Source: Dicyema japonicum
Taxonomy: Eukaryota; Animalia; Dicyemida
Direction: 5' to 3'
NCBI GenBank assembly: GCA_011109175.1
Contig: RDEW01000039.1
Span: forward strand, 124,001 to 188,000
DNA length: 64,000 bases
Both the position numbers and the translations under genes were made by a program. The notes under the pieces were generated by a model, which saw only the letters and a list, made by a program, of their open reading frames with translations, had not been told where the DNA came from and did not search any database. The number at the start of each line of letters is the position of its first letter. Within the stretch, counting starts at the first letter, position 1. Shown piece after piece: positions 60,961 to 64,000 of this stretch.

Positions 60961-61273
60961 CGAACAGAAGATCCCGTTAATCTGTTCCAGTTGGTCACAC
61001 TTGGTGAAATGTTACATTTTATTATACGACAACTAAGATCCTTTAATTTTTATATTTTTAAATGTTAGATGTTATCCTTTTAAGTTCTTTTTTCTTATTA
61101 GTGCAAGATTTAATAATTTTTAAGTGCTAGAAACAACTTGATGTGATTAGCAACAATTTGGATTGAAATTCTACATATTATGATAATTTACTGATTTAGT
61201 AATTAATAAATTCATAAAATTAAAAGAAAGATTATTTAATGTATTCAAATAAAAATAAATTTTATTAATTATA

Positions 61274-62455
61274 ATGATTGCCCTAATTTTCATTTTTTAC
61301 TTTTTATTTCATTACTTCATTTCATCTAAAATTCATTTCAAATACGAATCAATCAATTATTCACTTAAGGACGATGAATATTATGAAATCCAATGGAATA
61401 ATTTCATAGAAAAATATAGTTAAATTTATTTTTACTTATTTTACAGATAAATCATATTCTGGCTTAGAACTCCAAGTTAGAAAGGCTATTTTTACTGAAA
61501 ACTTGAGATTTATTGACAACCACAATTCACTTTTTAATAAAGGAAAATTTTTGTATGAATTGGGAATTAATCAGTTTGCTGACTTGGTTTATTTACAATA
61601 TATTTTTGTAGACCAGAAGAGAATTTATCAAACCAAACGAATTCAATTTATATAATACTTACAATTCTCATGATACACTTGAAGACAAACTACTCGGAGA
61701 TTATAAAGTGCATGTAAATGAAAGAAAATATCATTTGTCCTTAAATTGGATAAAACGAAACGTTGTAACTGATATAAAATCGCAAGGATTGGTTTTGGGG
61801 TCATGCTTTGCATTTGGCGCAGTTAAGGACTGTTTAACGTATTTAGGTGGCTACGTTGGAGTCACATTTGGCGATCAAACATAATATACTTGTATCTATG
61901 AGCGAACAAAATCTAGTTGATTGCTCTCATATACCGGGATCTACAGGAGGAAGTCCCGAACAAGCTTATGATTACGTTAAAAAAAACGGAGGAATTAATT
62001 CTGAAAAAAGATATCCATATATGGCAAAGGTAATTTTTCCACAAATAATTGTGTAGAGGAGTAAATGCAAATATGAGGTCAACCAGATATTAAATTTAAT
62101 TTGACTGGTTATAAAATACTTAAAACAGGTGATGAAAGAATGCTTTTGCAAGTTCTCGTGGATGTTGGTCCTGTAAGTGTTGGTGTTGCAGGTTCTATGA
62201 AAAGATTTAAATGGTATTTTGGAGGTAAAAATATACATGAAATGTTTAGGAGTTTTCCATATCAAAAATTGCATAAATTTAAAGTATAACCATCTAGTTT
62301 CTGTCGTCGGTTATGGAGTATCAAAGGGAGAAAAGTATTGGCTCATAAAGAATGGATGGGGGGAAATATGGGGTATATTTGGCTACATGAAAATGGCACG
62401 AGAGAAGAATAACTGTGGGTTTCCTTTCTACGCCATTTATCCCATAATCGAATAA
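61274..62455 (+). CDS. Cathepsin L-like papain-family (C1A) preproprotease
   Basis: Hydrophobic signal peptide, ERFNIN-like [79 protein letters not shown]. Five or six mini-introns. Confidence 0.9.
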
Positions 62456-63129
62456 TTTAGTCGTTTAATTAGATAACTTAATTTTACAAGGGTTTTAGCC
62501 AAATTATTTTAACCAATTTGAATAAAAACGAGGCATAAGCAACTGAAAGCATAAGCAGAAAATCACTAGGAGGAGTCTTACTTACATCTTCCCTTCGAGG
62601 CATTTGTGAGGAAAAGGGAGCCATGATGACATTTCCAAAATTTCCAAAAATAACACGAGCGTACGGGAAGTGGGCCAGATCTTGAGACGAACATCTAGCA
62701 AAGGTGAGATGGCTGTTTAAGAAGGTCGATCACTTGACGTCCGTGTATTTCCTTAAATTTGGAATGTTCTATCCCAAGTGAGCGAACTTGTATTTGCTTC
62801 CTACATTTGAACATATTTGGCGGTTATTAGATCTTAAAGTAATCAATGATTATCAAACATAACTTCCCAAAGATATCAATTCTTAAATCTATCAATTCTT
62901 AATTGATTGAAAATTTACAAATTCTTCGAATTTTGAGATCTCAAATGAGCATTAATTTTAGAACGTATGCCTTATTTAATATTTTAATAAACGATCTCTG
63001 ATAAACTCAAAGTCGACTTCTGAAATCAAAATTTTTGGCTTCGATACAGTTTTCCGATGTACTTAGGAAATATCAGTCAAGAAGATCTGGATGGTGCTAC
63101 TTGATATTTGTTAAAGACGGACTCGTATA

Positions 63130-63780
63130 GATTTTATTTATTATTTGTTTACCCCCGGTCCCTTCAAGTGAAAGAAACCAGTGACTAACAAAAACGTTAC
63201 AGCCAAGAGCGAACACTCCCAGAGATCTGATATGTATATTTGGTTCTATAGAGAACTAGGAGTTGCAACCGGACAAGAGAAGAGGTAACCCGTCTTCTAG
63301 TTGTCAAGAAAGCACGATGGAGATAGTGGAGAAGAAGATTGTCCAATCCTGTACAGATATGAGTGTAAATCCAAGTGATGACCATTGTTTTATGTAGTCT
63401 CAGGAATGGTTTTTACAATCAGAATTTGATCACCAAGAGTAGGAATAATTCTCCTTTTGTTTTGAGACCCAAAGGCAGCGAGCTTGATGTCCCAGTGTTT
63501 TTCACTTGTCAAGGAATTGTAGACTGAGCATTTTGAAATGTTCCCTAATTCGAAGAATTTTTGATTCCCAGCCTAGGTGGTCAGTTGGTGTGGTTTTTAT
63601 ACTTCCAGTAATTATTCTTAGAGCAGAGTTTTGAGTCGTTTGTATTTTTTTCGACGTTTTTATTGATAAAAAGGGACAACAGACAGATACAGCGTAGTTC
63701 ATCGTTGATAAATTGTCTGTAGATAAGTTGAATTGACGATTGTTTCTAGTTGAAAGCATTATTGATGACTTTTAACTAGA
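63130..63780 (-). mobile_element. Jockey/I-like LINE 3' region with tail
   Basis: NYAVSVCCP..KIQTTQNSALRIITG..TPTDHL, tail cttgaagggaccgggggtaaacaaataa. Confidence 0.8.
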
Positions 63781-64000
63781 TTGGATGAGGAGATTTTGGT
63801 CCACCCAAAAAGAAATTTTGTCAATGTTTTTTCATTACCATATAAGTAGCGGATGCGTCGCGGTAGGGAGAGGCAATTATGATATCATCGGCCTAAAAAA
63901 GAAGTGTTGTTGGTAAGCTTGTTAAATGAAGACTCAATGATTGTTCTTTAAGGAGATTTATTTAATCCATCAGCAATAAATTTAGTCAGTTTAGAAAGAT

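Noticed and set aside
1-64000. Retron, DGR or group II intron RTs, or a prokaryotic defence system
   Set aside because: All RT pieces carry non-LTR retrotransposon signatures and context (APE or RLE domains, 5' truncation, AT-rich tails, TSDs).
1-64000. Stop-codon reassignment as the cause of fragmented ORFs
   Set aside because: In-frame stops in conserved genes fall inside removable GT-AG micro-introns, and genes end normally at TAA, TAG or TGA.

Overview
This is eukaryotic, AT-rich nuclear DNA, not prokaryotic. About a dozen compact host genes carry miniature spliceosomal introns (mostly 21-28 nt) and sit among roughly 50 decayed transposon fragments. After manual splicing I recognise eIF4G-like (8846-12137), PGS1 (14859-16231), a POLR1D-isoform-2-like micro-gene missed by the ORF track (19595-19862), MLX (23942-24637), mitochondrial SerRS (26860-28546), profilin (35232-35703), an MTMR9-like pseudophosphatase (44389-46161), a cathepsin L-like protease (61274-62455) and two tRNA-Glu(TTC) genes. 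MLX, MTMR9 and the animal-type cathepsin point to a metazoan. The tiny introns suggest a reduced parasite such as a dicyemid (inference only). Mobile DNA includes RTE-like, Jockey/I-like, CRE-clade and R4-like non-LTR retrotransposons, a Buster-type hAT relic with both TIRs, a Ty3/gypsy-like integrase scrap, and two apparent SINE families that each share a 3' tail with a local LINE family. The most notable observations are the micro-intron system (weak donors, stop-free 3n introns, a candidate GC-AG intron, a candidate 18-nt intron), the two SINE-LINE pairs, a duplicated RT-relic plus tRNA-Glu module, and a 79-bp minisatellite apparently born from an RT catalytic region. Gene models are hand-spliced and many TE boundaries are approximate. 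I see no CRISPR array or bacterial system.
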